DNA of 64,000 nt, taken from contig NW_027266319.1 of NCBI RefSeq assembly GCF_022045235.1, positions 59,954,001 to 60,018,000 of the forward strand. Direction: 5' to 3'. The notes below the pieces were generated by a model. It was not told where the DNA came from, made no database searches, and was given only the letters and a program-made list of their open reading frames with translations. The position numbers and the translations under genes are program-made. Positions 37,801 through 51,459 of this stretch are shown piece after piece. The number at the start of each line of letters is the position of its first letter. Position 1 is the stretch's first letter. Origin of the DNA: Haliotis cracherodii (taxonomy: Eukaryota).

Positions 37801-38254
37801 TATTTCTTATTTCAAAAGTCTAGTATATTTTCACAATACTGCGAAAGGTTATGTTGTTCCCTCTTCATACTGAACCACCCACACAAACAAGGAAATATTG
37901 AAGCATGGCTGCCAAGAGCTTACGCTCTGTCAAACATATCCATAATATGTCGAACTGAAAGCATTTTCATCTGAGTTTATCAGACCTTTCTGGATAGTTG
38001 CTAACATATGTATGCATGTCTGCCCGACATCATGCATCTCCAATAGCCATCAGATCGTGGAACTGTATCCCAAGCAGATATTGCATTTCGTTATCTGTGC
38101 TCGAGTAGTAATCTGCCATCTGTACCGTGTCTGAATCTAACCATGACGCCATTGCTGATTACGTCTCAAGTAGGATCGGTTGAACCACACGTACGTTAAC
38201 CCCTGTTTCCCTTGTGTCCAGCTGTTGGGTGTTCTGCATGTTCTTGTGCAAATG

Positions 38255-38705
38255 TTGCGTGCGAAACTGAGAGCGCTGCTTTGTATGTCCCTATGTTGTC
38301 CAAGTCTTGGTGCGAAACTAAGCGCGTGGCTTTGTATGTCCCTGTTTGGTCCAAATGTTTGTGCGAAACTGAGGGCATGGCTTTGTATGTCCCTGTTTTG
38401 ACCCACTCTGGATGCGAAACTGAGTGCATGGCTTTGTATGTCCCTGTTTTGTCCAGCTGTTTGTGCGAAACTGAGGGCATGGCTTTGTATGTCCCTATGT
38501 TGTCCAACTGTTGGTGCGAAACTGAGCGCGTGGCTTTGTATGTCCCTATGTTGTCCAACTGCTGGTGCGAAACTGAGCGCGTGGCTTTGTATGTCCCTAT
38601 GTTGTCCAACTGTTGGTGCGAAACTGAGGGCATGGCTTTGTATGTCCATTTTCCAACTGTTGGTGCGAAACTGAGCGCGTGGCTTTGTATGTCCCTGTTT
38701 TGTTG
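38255..38705 (+). repeat. 51-bp minisatellite, about 9 copies
   Basis: Unit gtgcgaaactgagcgcgtggctttgtatgtccctatgttgtccaactgttg. Confidence 0.95.
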
Positions 38706-38789
38706 TGACATGCTGTGTTCGAAACTTGAGACACATTATACCTGCTACTCCGTGTGTAACCTTATATTACGAAAATAAGGTTGTGGATA

Positions 38790-39800
38790 TGAACATCTGT
38801 CTAGTACGAGGCATCAAAACGGTAGCTAAAGTTTCCAAATCCTACTACGAAAATGGAAATATGATTAGGTTCAAATATATTGTAAGCCAAAACAGCGTAT
38901 AAATCCTTTGGCGTTCAATGCTTTGGCTATCCAATTCTTTGAGTACGAAACCTAAGGTATGACTCCCTATGATGCCTGTCTCTGGCGTGTAACAGTTGAA
39001 TGTAAGTCTGGCTCCGTGGTACTTATAGACCTGGCCATGTTAGCCTGAACGACTTGCTGGTAATAGATTAGCATGCACTGATTCTTAGGTCTTCGATTTA
39101 GAATAAATCTTGATATAAATCACTTTACTGTCTCTATATAGAGAGTAATTGCCATTGTACAGACGAAATCCTTGGTATCGTTCGATAGTAGAAGTCGGTT
39201 CCGTGTAACTAGCATTTTTGGTTTATAAATATGCTGACTTCTGGAACATACGTGGAGGTTTGACCCGAAGCAGTAAGTTTATCAAGAAATTAATAAATTA
39301 CTGTCATATTACTCCCACGTGTGCTTATAATAGTTCGACTCCGTACATTGATTAACCAAGTGCTTGCTTGATTTTTTTTTTACTACAACAGTTAATTGTT
39401 TGTATACAATCGTATGTTTTCATCAGCAAGACTTCTTCATCAAGAAGAGCAAAAGGGAACAGCATCCATCACAAGTCGCACACATCGTTACAAACCAGCT
39501 TCTCTCCTACTTCAGATGTCATATCAATTATTCTAAGTGCCAGGTATGGTACAAAGCAAACCTATTTCATATCATGTTAGCAAATTAATGTTGTTTTTTA
39601 TGACCTCAGACTTCCCTGTAACGGATTCAGAACCTTGAAAGCGATCGAAATTTCACAGAACACAGGAACATTTGTTTGCTTAAATCTTCATGAAGCACAT
39701 CGCCTCATTGTTAAGAAAATGGAACACATCTGATACCACCTCGTTTGAAGACACGCATTGCTAAATCTGTCTTTGGAAATACGTGTTTAAGAAGAATTGT
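38790..39800 (-). pseudogene. Decayed LINE RT fragment
   Basis: Minus strand reads FRLYNGNYSLYRD (like RLYADDxxLYR), then DLYQDLF (like LQxDL), YKYHG (like YKYLG) and LGFV, in the expected order. Confidence 0.45.
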
Positions 39801-40451
39801 AATTTTATGGTTGGAAACGAGTAGTCCTGAAATTGAGCTTATAAATAAAATTCTCCCTTAATAAAAACACCTCCATATCCCTGCCTAATCGATTCAGCAG
39901 TCATTCTCAAATAACCACTATCGGGGCGAACGCTTCTTACGTTTTTGCACCAGAAATATATAAATTCCACGCATCATATCTTGGAGTTCGTAGATATTCA
40001 AAGTCAACAGAATTTAGGAGTTCTGAGCTTGGTATATCAGCTACCTATCACCAATGTCATAACACGCCTCCTTCGTGTTTATGTGTAAAAGGAAGGCAGC
40101 TTTAAACCTGCGATGCTATCTCATCCGTCACGAAGGATTCTCGCTGGTGTGAGAACTAATATCTCACACATGCCTACACCGATAGACAGAAAACCGCGAT
40201 ACAGTAGCTTAGATTACATAAAGACTGAGGCATCACCAGTTTTTAGGTTATATCATTCGTTCATGCTCCTAGTGATAGAGCTGAAAAACGTGACATTGCA
40301 ATTGACGTCCACGTTGAGACGTTACTATCAGATTATTGACCTGCAGTTTTCCCATCCATGTCTGTGGCGGACTGGAACTAGACCAATACTATGAAGCTAT
40401 GGAAGAAACCTGTATAGAGCCGGAAAATATGTATGTAATCGGAGCCAAAAC

Positions 40452-40734
40452 TACGGAAGCCTTTTAGGGCCATTTGTTTTTTATAAAAAAATCGATACTA
40501 TCTTGAAATTTCAAGATACTAAGTTGAAATTTCAAGATACTAAGTCGAAATTTCAAGATACTGTCTTGAAATGTCAACTTAGTTTGATATTTCAAGGTTA
40601 CTCACTTATTCACGCATTTTTACATATTAGGATGTTAACTTAGTATCTTGAAATTTAAACTTAGTATCTTGAAATTTCAAGATAGTATCGAAATTGTTTA
40701 AAAAACAAACAAATGGCCCTAAAAGGCTTCCGTA
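40452..40734. mobile_element. Palindromic MITE with internal 21-bp repeats
   Basis: 28-bp TIR tacggaagccttttagggccatttgttt; inward-facing ttgaaatttcaagatactaag repeats. Confidence 0.88.
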
Positions 40735-40964
40735 CAAAACCGTTACTGTCACTGAACCATAACTGTCACGTAATTCCACTGAAATGCTGGTGTATATTTC
40801 ATATGAAAATAATGTTAGAATATCATAAACAAAACTTTTCTCAATAATGCACGTCAATAAGTGTATGTGCGCATACATTCCGCGAGAAGATCTGGTGTAA
40901 ATACATATTTTGACAGTGGTTCGTACCGATTATTAATGTGTACCCTTCTTTGTACCTTCTTGAA

Positions 40965-41460
40965 TGGACCAGTCATCTAAGGCGCCGCGATTCGATGTGC
41001 TGAGTTGCGTCCCTTGGGCACACCAGAAACCTATGATTGTGGGTTCGAATCCCGGTTCGCCCCGATCATGTTTCTAGGTTTGTCAGCACCATACCCGTGC
41101 TCGTGGGTTTCACCGAAGTGGTAAACGTCTGAGACGTGCATTACTTAGGGCTTTCCTCCAACACGCCGTGATATAACTGGAATACTGTTAAAAACGGCGT
41201 TAAACCCAACTCACTCACTCACTGGGTCAGGTGGAGACACGGATGACCCAGCTGACCAAGGAGCCGAAATTCGCTGTGTAGAGTTGCGTCCCTTAGGAAT
41301 GCCGAAAAACTACAACCGTGTTTCGACTCCCAGATTTGTCCTGATTGTTTCTAGATTTGTCAACATCATACCCGTGTTTGAGGTTTCACCAAGGTAAACG
41401 TCTAAGACCAGCATCTTTTCAAGCTTTTATCCCACATCAAGCTATCTCCCTCGCTTACTC
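40965..41460 (+). mobile_element. Family B SINE followed by an older degenerate B copy
   Basis: Young copy to about 41223; second head ggtggagacacggatgacccag...gagttgcgtccctt from about 41230. Confidence 0.85.
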
Positions 41461-42464
41461 TTGTGATAGACGTACTGCTATGAATATGCTGAAGACATTG
41501 GCTTATTAACATAACAAGTAATCGATATCAAAACACAAGGCATTTTTCTCAAACATGAAATTATCGATATTAGAGGTATTGCACAAAATACTCGAGCCAC
41601 CATGAGCAATAATGTATGCGTTATGTACCACCAAAGACTGACCCTTGTTTAGAGGTTTCAAATTGTATATATCTACTATGACCATGAACTAGATTTCAGA
41701 GCTGTTCGTTGTGAATGTGACACTTTCAAATTTCCTAAAGAAAGCGGCTGGTTTCAAATGTTCATACATGATTGTCAATTCGTGATTCGTAAATTGACAC
41801 GTAGATCTGTCTAGAGTATAGTATCACATATAAAGTGTACATATATTACTCGACATCAATCGTGATATTTACTTGTATCCCACATACTTTTTTCTGACGG
41901 TCATATAGCGGACTTATTAGATCCATAAAATATCATGTTGCCCAGTTAAAGACCCGCGTAGGAATATTAATGATACGATTAAAAGCAGAATCAAAATATT
42001 TAAGAAATAAAGTAAAGACAGCTCATTAAAAATTAGCATCACATATAAAATGTATCATCTAATATTCCCAGACGTTATACGACGCTAAGACCTAAAAGCC
42101 ATGTCGAAAGGGACTGATTCACCTACACCAGAGCGTGTATCGACATCCCAGTCTCCAATACAAACCCTGAAACAAAACACATCCGATTCATCCCAAGCAA
42201 GTTTAGATTCTTCCTTAAGAGGACTTATTGAAGGAAACTGAAAAAAACCCAAAGAAAATCCTAAAATATTTTTATTTCAAAAGCTAATTGTGATTTTAGC
42301 GAGATTATTTTTTCCATCTATCTTTCTTTATTGTGATGTCAGGGAACTTGGAGAACGAAATCTCCACACAATAAGTTGTTTAGGAGATGATCAGCGCTAT
42401 TTAGCTGACATAGAACCATTTAACCAAAGAGCCAAACACGACATATCACATCGTTGAGATGGGG

Positions 42465-42517
42465 ATTTATTTTTATTTATTTATTTATCTATTTTTTTGT
42501 TATTATTTTTATTATCT

Positions 42518-42588
<71 letters not shown>

Positions 42589-42655
42589 TATTTTATATAT
42601 TGCTTTATTTATTTGATTTTATTATTTTATCTTATTTATTTATGCTTTTATTTTT
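42465..42655. repeat. (ATTT)n/(GATT)n compound microsatellite
   Basis: Direct reading. Confidence 0.9.
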
Positions 42656-43583
42656 TGGGGAGGTGGGTGAGTCCGCTGATAAATAAATGAATACTGTTAT
42701 CTGGAACAGCCATAACTTCATTCTTGTCAATGTACAAACAAAACCATTTAATATTTTGTCATACAATCATGTATGGAATATTTAACAATATTCAAGGCTG
42801 ATAATGCCACACAACAAATGACTCTTAACGTAATTGCGTGCAAAGGACAATTCAAAATCCCTTCCCATAATCCACACAGCCCACATAACATCAGGTCGGG
42901 AAGGATGCCATGCAAGCAAACGTGACTCAGAAACGGAACTGCTTCCGGGAAAACCGGAAGTTGATAATCTGGAAACCTGATACTGCTCAGGGTTGTAAAC
43001 ATATCAATACAATGAAATGAGGTCATTTGTCTGGTAAGGGAGGGGCGCGTTCTGTTACCCTTTGAAGCCCCATACAATATTTGCTGATCCCGAGGGAAAG
43101 AATTGTTACGACAGCATCCAACTAACACTCATCAGTATACAGAATATGATGCATATGTTACAGGAATGCCTATCCTTCTAAATAAACCCCCGCTCCTCGC
43201 TAGAGTATTCTGTGCCAAAACTTACGTTTTTATGCCGTGTTTGTGTATGTATTCTGGGTTTGTTTCCAGCTTAGACTTCCTTTGCTTTGTTGTAAGCTTA
43301 GGTTGTTGACAGTGTAAATAATCCATACGCCGTTGCTTGTCATCGCTACATCAACTGACATTCTTGTGAATACGATAATGTGTCCTGCACCAGAATGCGA
43401 AATAGAAGACATGCATTGAAATGACCGACTCGTTTTGATCATCCACATATACTGAGGAGGAAAAGAAATGCAATCGTTATCTGAGAGTGGGTGTGTGAGC
43501 TTGAGTGAGTGAGTGAGTGAGTGAGTGAATGAGATAACCAATTTGATTGCATCCTCTGGGAGGGTTGCATTTTCTGAAACAGT

Positions 43584-43754
43584 AGGGGCTGTCGGGTAGC
43601 CTAGTGGTTCAAGCCTCGTCACGACGAAGACCAGGGTTCGATTCCCGACATGGGTAAAATGTGTGAAGCCCATTTCTGGTGTCCCCCGCCGTGATATTGC
43701 TGGAATATTGCTAAAAGCGGCGTAAAACCATACTCACTCACTCACTCACTCACT
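43584..43754 (+). mobile_element. Family A SINE
   Basis: TSD ctgaaacag. Confidence 0.9.
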
Positions 43755-45224
43755 GAAACAGGAATGGCAGCCAATGAGAGTATGATAATTAACGACCATT
43801 TTGTTGATTAAGATAATGAACGCATATATTTTAAAATTTCACGAAAATGTTTGCTTAGGTTCCAGCAGATATCAGTCCATGTGTATGTCTTTGCACATTT
43901 GCCGAGTCAGTAATTTTCACGGGATTCCAAATATCTCAAGAAAATAGCGGGTAAACAAACAACTATGCTGACATTCCTATATCGTGCTTGTAATGCAAAA
44001 CAACAGTTCCGCAGCCGATATGTCTTCACGCATTTCCTTCAGAGAATTGTTTTCGCATTAATGTTTGAACTTATGAAATACCTTTTTGGTCGGTTGTGGC
44101 GCGGTATCGTTCTTTTTTTCCACAGCGCAAAATTGTGTAACAATTAACCGTATTGTTTTCAACAAATAATCAAAAACTCCTACATTGTTGCACTCTGCTT
44201 AGCCGCCAATAAGAAATCTTATTGTGATAACAAATTAGCACATGTCAAAACAATAACAGCCTTTTATCTCCGTGCAGTGTTACTTAGAAAAAGGTGAACA
44301 TATGTCATTTATGGGAATTCTGGTACAACAGGAAATATCTATGTCTCAGCGCCGCCTGGTGGCGAATCCGACTCCAATCTCCACTACAGCGCATGCGTAC
44401 CCGCAAAATAGAAGAAATAAGCAACAAAAACTGTTGGTATTTGAGATAGCCGAACAACGCGCATTCAAATAGCTTTGGGGGATTCGGTAATAAATGAGAG
44501 TGGCGTATGACGCCTGATGAGCTGTCAGATTGCGTAAAAATAATACCCTCTGCACCCTCTAACCTAGTCTAACAGTGACATAATAGCTGAAATAGTTTCT
44601 TTATTCAATTTCTGCATCAGAGTTAATCAAGCTGTATGTTCACGTTTCGTTATCAGGACATTCCGTTTCAGTCGTCAATCAATGGCTGCGATTCCTCACC
44701 GCGTAGCCATGACGTCATCAATCGCATGTGTTTGTTATCACAAGGTCAATTCACGCCGAATCTCGCGAACATGCACAGACAGACAGCTATCCTGATTGGC
44801 CATCTTGTAATCGTGTCATACACCACATTAAAGAAACGAAACAACCTCCTCAGTCTTACGGCTTCTCGCGCTGCGTCTCCGCAGCAGGTCCAGACGGAGT
44901 CTGAGTGCGCGACATCGGCAACGAGGCCAAGTGTGACTCGTTATGCATAACCGAAGCCTATATGTGTGAAAGAGATAGAAGAGTTGCGCGAACAGTCGTC
45001 GTAAGCATATTATAGGTTACTTAACCATTGAATACAGACAGGTTCAAATTCTTCTGTTTTTAAACCCAAATCGTCCTCAAATATTGAGTTTATTCCTCGT
45101 AAATTCGATGCTTGCAAACGGGATTCCGGAATAGATGTCGTGTAGGGCATGCCTAAGTCCCAGTATCGGCGGGTAGCTATAGAGTGGAACTGTGGGGGAG
45201 CTATGCACGAGGTTCGGATCAGAG

Positions 45225-45475
45225 TAAGTTAGATAGTTTGGTTAAAAGCTGCTTTGAACAATAGTTCCTGCACTTATATGAGCGTGTGTGGGGATAGCTG
45301 TATGTAATGCAGTCTTGGACGTTTACCGCTTGGTAAAACCCACGAGCGTCTTGGACCTGGTACACCAAGACACATAATCAGGGTAAATCTGGCATTCAAA
45401 TCCATGATCACAGGTTAAGGGACGCAACTCTGCACAGCAAATTTCGACGCTTACTACGATAGGTCAACTGGGCTC
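45225..45475 (-). mobile_element. Family B SINE, degenerate
   Basis: aaacccacgagc...cataatcaggg...agggacgcaactctgcacagc. Confidence 0.65.
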
Positions 45476-45529
45476 TTCAAATACAGAGGTAGGTGACTAG
45501 TCTGCTCTATCCCAGGTCCATTTCCAGTC

Positions 45530-45725
45530 CAGTCAACTAAAACTTCGTCAATGAAAACGTCTTTAAAATAATAAAAATATTTTTTTCGAAAGAACCTTTC
45601 CTCTTCTGCTGATTTCAATGGAATCAAGCAAACCAGACTTGGTTAGTTTGATCTAGACTTGCCGTGGCTTTTAGTAAAAAGAAATACCTAAAAAATATAA
45701 ATTCCACAGTCATGGCGCAGGAACT
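45530..45725. mobile_element. Short interspersed element (same family as 60199-60414)
   Basis: Strong similarity to 60220-60414. Confidence 0.75.
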
Positions 45726-47939
45726 ACCAATCCAGGTCAACCACGTCAGGTCTGGGTCAAGCTGAGACAAAGTGGGTATTAAATAACATGCATCACATTG
45801 CAAGGACTGGCATCCGGCCCCAACCTCGTCCCTCATGTCGGGCGGACTAATGCTTTCTGAACCTTCCGTAACGATCCTGTCCAACGTCGCACCATACAGA
45901 CATTCAGATCACATCGACAGTAAAGATCATGTATCGCCGTTCAGAAAACTCATTTCTGAACTTGAAGTCGAAATTTTGTCAAACGCGATTGATTCTCTTT
46001 GTTCATTATTCTATTATTCCTTTCAAAGTTTATTGAAATTTACAGGGTATTTTAAAAAAAACATATTATCGACAAGGTTCATAATGATTCAGCTCTCCCA
46101 ACTGCAATTTAAAGATTGTCATTAGCATTAAGTAATTCCATTTTAAAGCAAAATCGAATTTACGACGGAATTAGTAGTTTGAGAGTTAAATTTAATGGCT
46201 CAATGGCACTTTTCCCATACAAAATGATCGGACCTTAATAGTGACACGCTCACAATCCTACAATAATCTGGTTTCAATAATCTCACCGAAAAAGATAAAT
46301 AACGAATGTCAGCATTCTCTTCATATTCTATTTCAATGCCGAAATCAAGGTTGCAAGTTCATTGATGTCTACATTTCAATAAGAGCTTTGTCGGATCATG
46401 CATACAGCACCTCTAGCATATGATCAAAACCACATATTGTTTTTGCCAAATTGTCCCTCCTTCTTCAAATGGTACCGAACGAAGCTCATATTCCCAAGAT
46501 CGCCAAGCCCTCAAGGAATGACGCCCAAACCATATCCACGCTTTCACATCTCGGAGACACTAAAGGGTTGCATGTGGGGGGCGGGTTGAATTACTCAATA
46601 TAAGGCTACCTATTATATTTGTTTCCGTCTAGTAAGGGGCCGAACAATCGTTCAATAGCAGGGTCGAACATGTGTATCACAGCTAGACCACATCTGGCAC
46701 CAAGATTCCACCACAACGAATGTTGTGTGGCTTCCTGGGTCGTTTGTTGTAGAACCGAGTGGTAACAGCGAGACGCGTTTCTTGTCATAATAAGCTCGGG
46801 CGTGGGTGCACTGACAGTGTTGTTGCTTACATAGTAACTATACTACTAATGTAAGATTGGGAACTATTGCTCCTCTGCTTATAGTAAACAAGACCTCCAA
46901 ATAATTCTACCTACAGCATCGGGTGAAAGATGGTCCCATCTGCTTATGTTTCGTGGCAGTCTAAACAATTAGGGACCTATGTTTGACATTGATGTCATCT
47001 CAAAATGTGAGGCAAGTTTATATTTGAATCTCCAAAACGTATGTTTTTACGCAAGGTTTGAAAAAAACACCAGGCAGGATCTCTCGGACAAAATATAGTA
47101 TGAAAGATTGAAAAGACAGAATTTACCATCTGTCAGTGTACTGATTTTGTGCACCAACACGCGTGAGTATGATTTTGAGCCACGGTTAATAATAATAATA
47201 ATAATAATGATAATAATAATAATAATAGCAATAAGAACAGGACACAAAAAATAGGCTTCAAACATAGTACCCAAGAGGGGAATCGACCCCCCCCCAAAAA
47301 AACCAACAACAATTAAACGTCCTTAAATAGCAAGGACATACAAGGACCCCCCACATTTGTATATATAACTGCAGGGATGTAATCAAAACGAACCACTGCC
47401 TCGATGTAGATGTTGCCGAAAAAAATAATTAACTCTCTGAGCCAAATTTGATCTTGGATCATAAAATGCAACAAAAGTGTTCCCAGAGATCAAAAGCAGC
47501 ATCCGATGCAGTTTGTGAAATACTAAGGTCATCCCTCATCCGACGGCGACACAGTGTTGCGAGAGCGTACCTTTATTCCTATCCATCACTACACATCAGA
47601 GGAGCCTGCTTGTTTCTCAGTCTTAGATCTCCCATCTTAGACCACAGCCTTCTATAACATGCAGACAATTTATGGGCTATTTGATCCACAAGTCGACTTC
47701 GCTAGACATACATCTAAAGCTTGGCAGCCATGAATTTGTCAATATTTCTATCATAGACTTTTGCTGATGCTGTACTTTGGGGAAATGTGATGGTTGCGGG
47801 CATGTTGATGGTATGGGTGTTTGTGGGATGAGTGGGAGGTCGGATGATGTTGGAATTTGGTGTGCGTTCAGGAAATTGAAAGTTTCTCTGAATGGGTTAA
47901 ACGTAAAGATGTTGGTGGGTTTTCATGTGAGTGAGGTTT

Positions 47940-49160
47940 GCGAGTGGGGTCCTAATTCGGGTGGTTCGGTGCGAGTGGGGTCCTAATTCGGGTGGTTCGG
48001 TGCGAGTGGGGTCCTAATTCGTGTGGTTCGGTGCGAGTGGGGTCCTAATTCGGTCGGTTCGGTGCGAGTGAGGTCCTAATTCGGGTGGTTCGGTGCGAGT
48101 GGGGTCCTAATTCGGGTGGTTCGGTGCGATTGAGGTCCTAATTCGGGTGGTTCGGTGCGAGTGGGGTCCTTATTCGGGTGGTTCGGTGCGAGTGGGGTCC
48201 TAATTCGGGTGGTTCGGTGCGAGTGAGGACCTAATTCGGGTGGTTCGGTGCGAGCGAGGTCCTAATTCGGGTGGTTCGGTGCGAGTGAGGTCCTAATTCG
48301 GGTGGTTCTGTACGAGTGGGGTCCTTATTCGGGTGGTTCGGTGCGAGTGGGGTCCTAATTCGGGTGGTTCGGTGCGAGTGGGGTCCTTATTCGGGTGGTT
48401 CGGTGCGAGTGAGGACCTAATTCGGGTGGTTCGGTGCGAGCGAGGTCCTAATTCGGGTGGTTCGGTGCGAGTGAGGACCTAATTCAGGTGGTTCGGTGAG
48501 AGTGAGGACCGAATTCGGGTGGTTCGGTGCGTGTGTGGTCCTAATTCGGGTGGTTCGGGGCGAGTGGGGACTTAATTGGGTTGGATCGGTGCGTGTGGGG
48601 TCCTAATTGGGGTGGATCGGTGCGAATGAGGTCCTAATTGGGGTGGATCGGTGCGAGTGAGGACCTAATTCGGGTGGTTCGGTGCGAGCGAGGTCCTAAT
48701 TCGGGTGGTTCGGTGCGAGTGAGGACCTAATTCAGGTGGTTCGGTGAGAGTGAGGACCGAATTCGGGTGGTTCGGTGCGTGTGTGGTCCTAATTCGGGTG
48801 GTTCGGTGCGAGTGGGGTCCTTATTCGGGTGGTTCGGTGCGAGTGAGGACCTAATTCGGGTGGTTCGGTGCGAGCGAGGTCCTAATTCGGGTGGTTCGGT
48901 GCGAGTGAGGACCTAATTCAGGTGGTTCGGTGAGAGTGAGGACCGAATTCGGGTGGTTCGGTGCGTGTGTGGTCCTAATTCGGGTGGTTCGGGGCGAGTG
49001 GGGTCCTAATTGGGGTGGATCGGTGCGAATGAGGTCCTAATTGGGGTGGTTCGGTGCGAGGGGGGCTTTAATTTGGGTGGATCGGTGCGAATGAGGTCCT
49101 AATTGGGGTGGTTCGGTGCGAGGGGGGACTTAATTCGGGTGGTTCGGTGCGAATGAGGAT
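47940..49160 (+). repeat. 31-bp G-rich minisatellite, about 39 copies
   Basis: Unit gcgagtggggtcctaattcgggtggttcggt. Confidence 0.97.
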
Positions 49161-51459
49161 GTGTAAGTTAGTTGTTGTGAATATAAATTCAATCCTCTAA
49201 TTAACAATCGGCAACCACCATGATAAATAACTTGCACAAATTGTAATGCAAATAGCTATAGACTGCAAATCTCATACATAATTAAAAAAAGACCCCCGGA
49301 CCAACCACACGATATGATATAACAGGGATAACACTATTATACTTGTCGCCTCTATCGTGAAGTCACAACAATGACTGACAACTATTAGCTCATGCGAATC
49401 CTATTTATGCACATTTGCTCAAACATTATGCAATAAAATTGTTCTGAAGACATTTGCTCTAACAAACAGCCGGATACCCACTGCGATTCAGGGACAATGC
49501 TACACCTGTTTATTTGTTTTTATTGGACTAGAGACCGGAGTAGAGCTTAAGAATAGACATAAGGCCTATTTCAGTGAGTTTTGATGGCATGAGAAACAAA
49601 AGAATGACATGAATCGCAAATGAACACATTTTATGTCAAAACTAAACCAGTCAGTCGTGAATATGAAACCAGTTTAGCTCAATTGAGATAAAATAACTTC
49701 TGTTTTTTTAAGACGTTTGTATGAGACGTTCTCAGCGGGTAAAGTTTTATTGTTTGAAAGATCTAAATATTGAAAATGTCGGACTTGAGACGACTTGCTT
49801 TCGGGATGGTTTATGATCTCCATACATTATTCATAACCCACAGGGAACTAAAAGCAAAGACACCGGTTGATATCAAGATTTCTGAACAGACGGTGACCTC
49901 GTTTTATGGCTCTTTTATGAATTACGGCATAGGACCGGAAAGCCACGGGAAGTTGAATTGAAATTGTCCAAAGTATATTAATACTGAAACAGTTAAAGCA
50001 AGCATCGCGTATCTCGCCATCCTCAAGCTGAATCCCGACAGCGACAACTGCCGAAAGTTGTTCTGCTATATATGTTAGTCTATGTCGTAAAACACCTGGT
50101 TGGTAATAATTCAAAATTTAACAGTGTCCCTCATGCGGTTGGTCTTCATTTATACTGTCATGCCGTCGATTTCTCTTTATTTGGTTTGGGGAGTGGAGAC
50201 AGTTTATTCTATAAAGGTTATGAATGGTCGTAAAGTACCAGGTTGGACTATATCAATAAAGGGAAGCCTTGCCACGCGGTCGCTTCATCATGGTAGTTTC
50301 CACATCAGTGCCTGGGGCTACACATTGTATACGAGTATTCCAGGGCAGCATATCAAACCATCATTCGCTATTGAAACGCAGTATCTAAACCGGTATTTAA
50401 ACTTTATGATCATATGAAGTAAAATAATTTGTAAAGTGCTCGTTTTGCGTACAAAAGAGGAACAATACATTCGCAATAAAACTGGAAACCTTTGAAAAAA
50501 ATGACTTCAAGCCATTCAAATTATTGACATATATTATTTTTCAAAAATGGCTTCCTCTGCATACAGGGGTTCCGCAAGGGCAAACGCGACATGAACACTT
50601 CGCCTAAAGGACATCTGTTACAAAATCCGATATGTAAAATAAATGCAAATTATTCATTTGATGGTCAATAGCATAGATAAACATCTGACCAGTTATGGGT
50701 CATGGAATATTATTCCACCACATGTTGCACAAGTAAACACAGACCGTTGATCTACACATCATGGCGGATCGAAAGGTCAATTATCCACTTCCGGGTCAAA
50801 TCTGCCGATGCGCAAGACTTGGCGTCAATAACACAAGATGACCTTCATGGCTTGTTGTACACATAAAAAACTAAGATTCATGACTGAATCCAGATATCAA
50901 AAAAGGTGGATTTATCAATCTAAAGCGAAACCGATTTAGACAACCCAGTCAAAATCCCAAAGTCCCAATCGAGATACATCGGATTGCCTCGGTGTGTTCT
51001 GATTGCATCAATAACTCAAATTTCATGATTGCTGTAACCCCTATTTCGACGCATTTTATTCCAGCTTTCGTTTATTGTTTTAAGCCAAGGTCGGTCATCC
51101 ATATCAAACAGCTCTTGGTCTAGTCTAGACTAGCTTATAGCCCTCATTTCCTCCTCAACTGGTATATGTTGGTGATGGTCCGAACAGCGCCGATAAACCA
51201 CTCACAAAACACACATAAACACGCCGTTTACGATGTGCTGAATAACAATTTGCATTAAACGTCACAAGACCAAAGCCTCGCACCGAACATGTTTTCAGCA
51301 CGGAGATCACCGTAACAGCAGACGAAGACGTGTGAGTGATATGGACAAAAATGAAATCTATAAATTCTAGCCGAGAGCGGTCCAAATGACAGTTTGTTGT
51401 AATTCCTGCCATTCCAGGTTGTTGCATTTCTTTTAGTTTACCCGGGTCTTTAAATCACC

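Larger units (their letters stand above)
34800..38780 (+). pseudogene. Decayed CR1/L2-type LINE ORF2 (endonuclease to C-terminal zinc knuckle), interrupted by a family C copy, a MITE and two minisatellites
   Basis: Motifs in canonical order: VILLMG, SCIDL...PGLS (APE endonuclease), IRAK..Y, IAPxL...W-x-IA (RT domain 0), CSACSC...ET.HY...C (CCHC region); many stops and frameshifts. Confidence 0.6.

Noticed and set aside
38137-38778. 171-199 aa repetitive ORFs as genes
   Set aside because: Same artefact from the 51-bp minisatellite.
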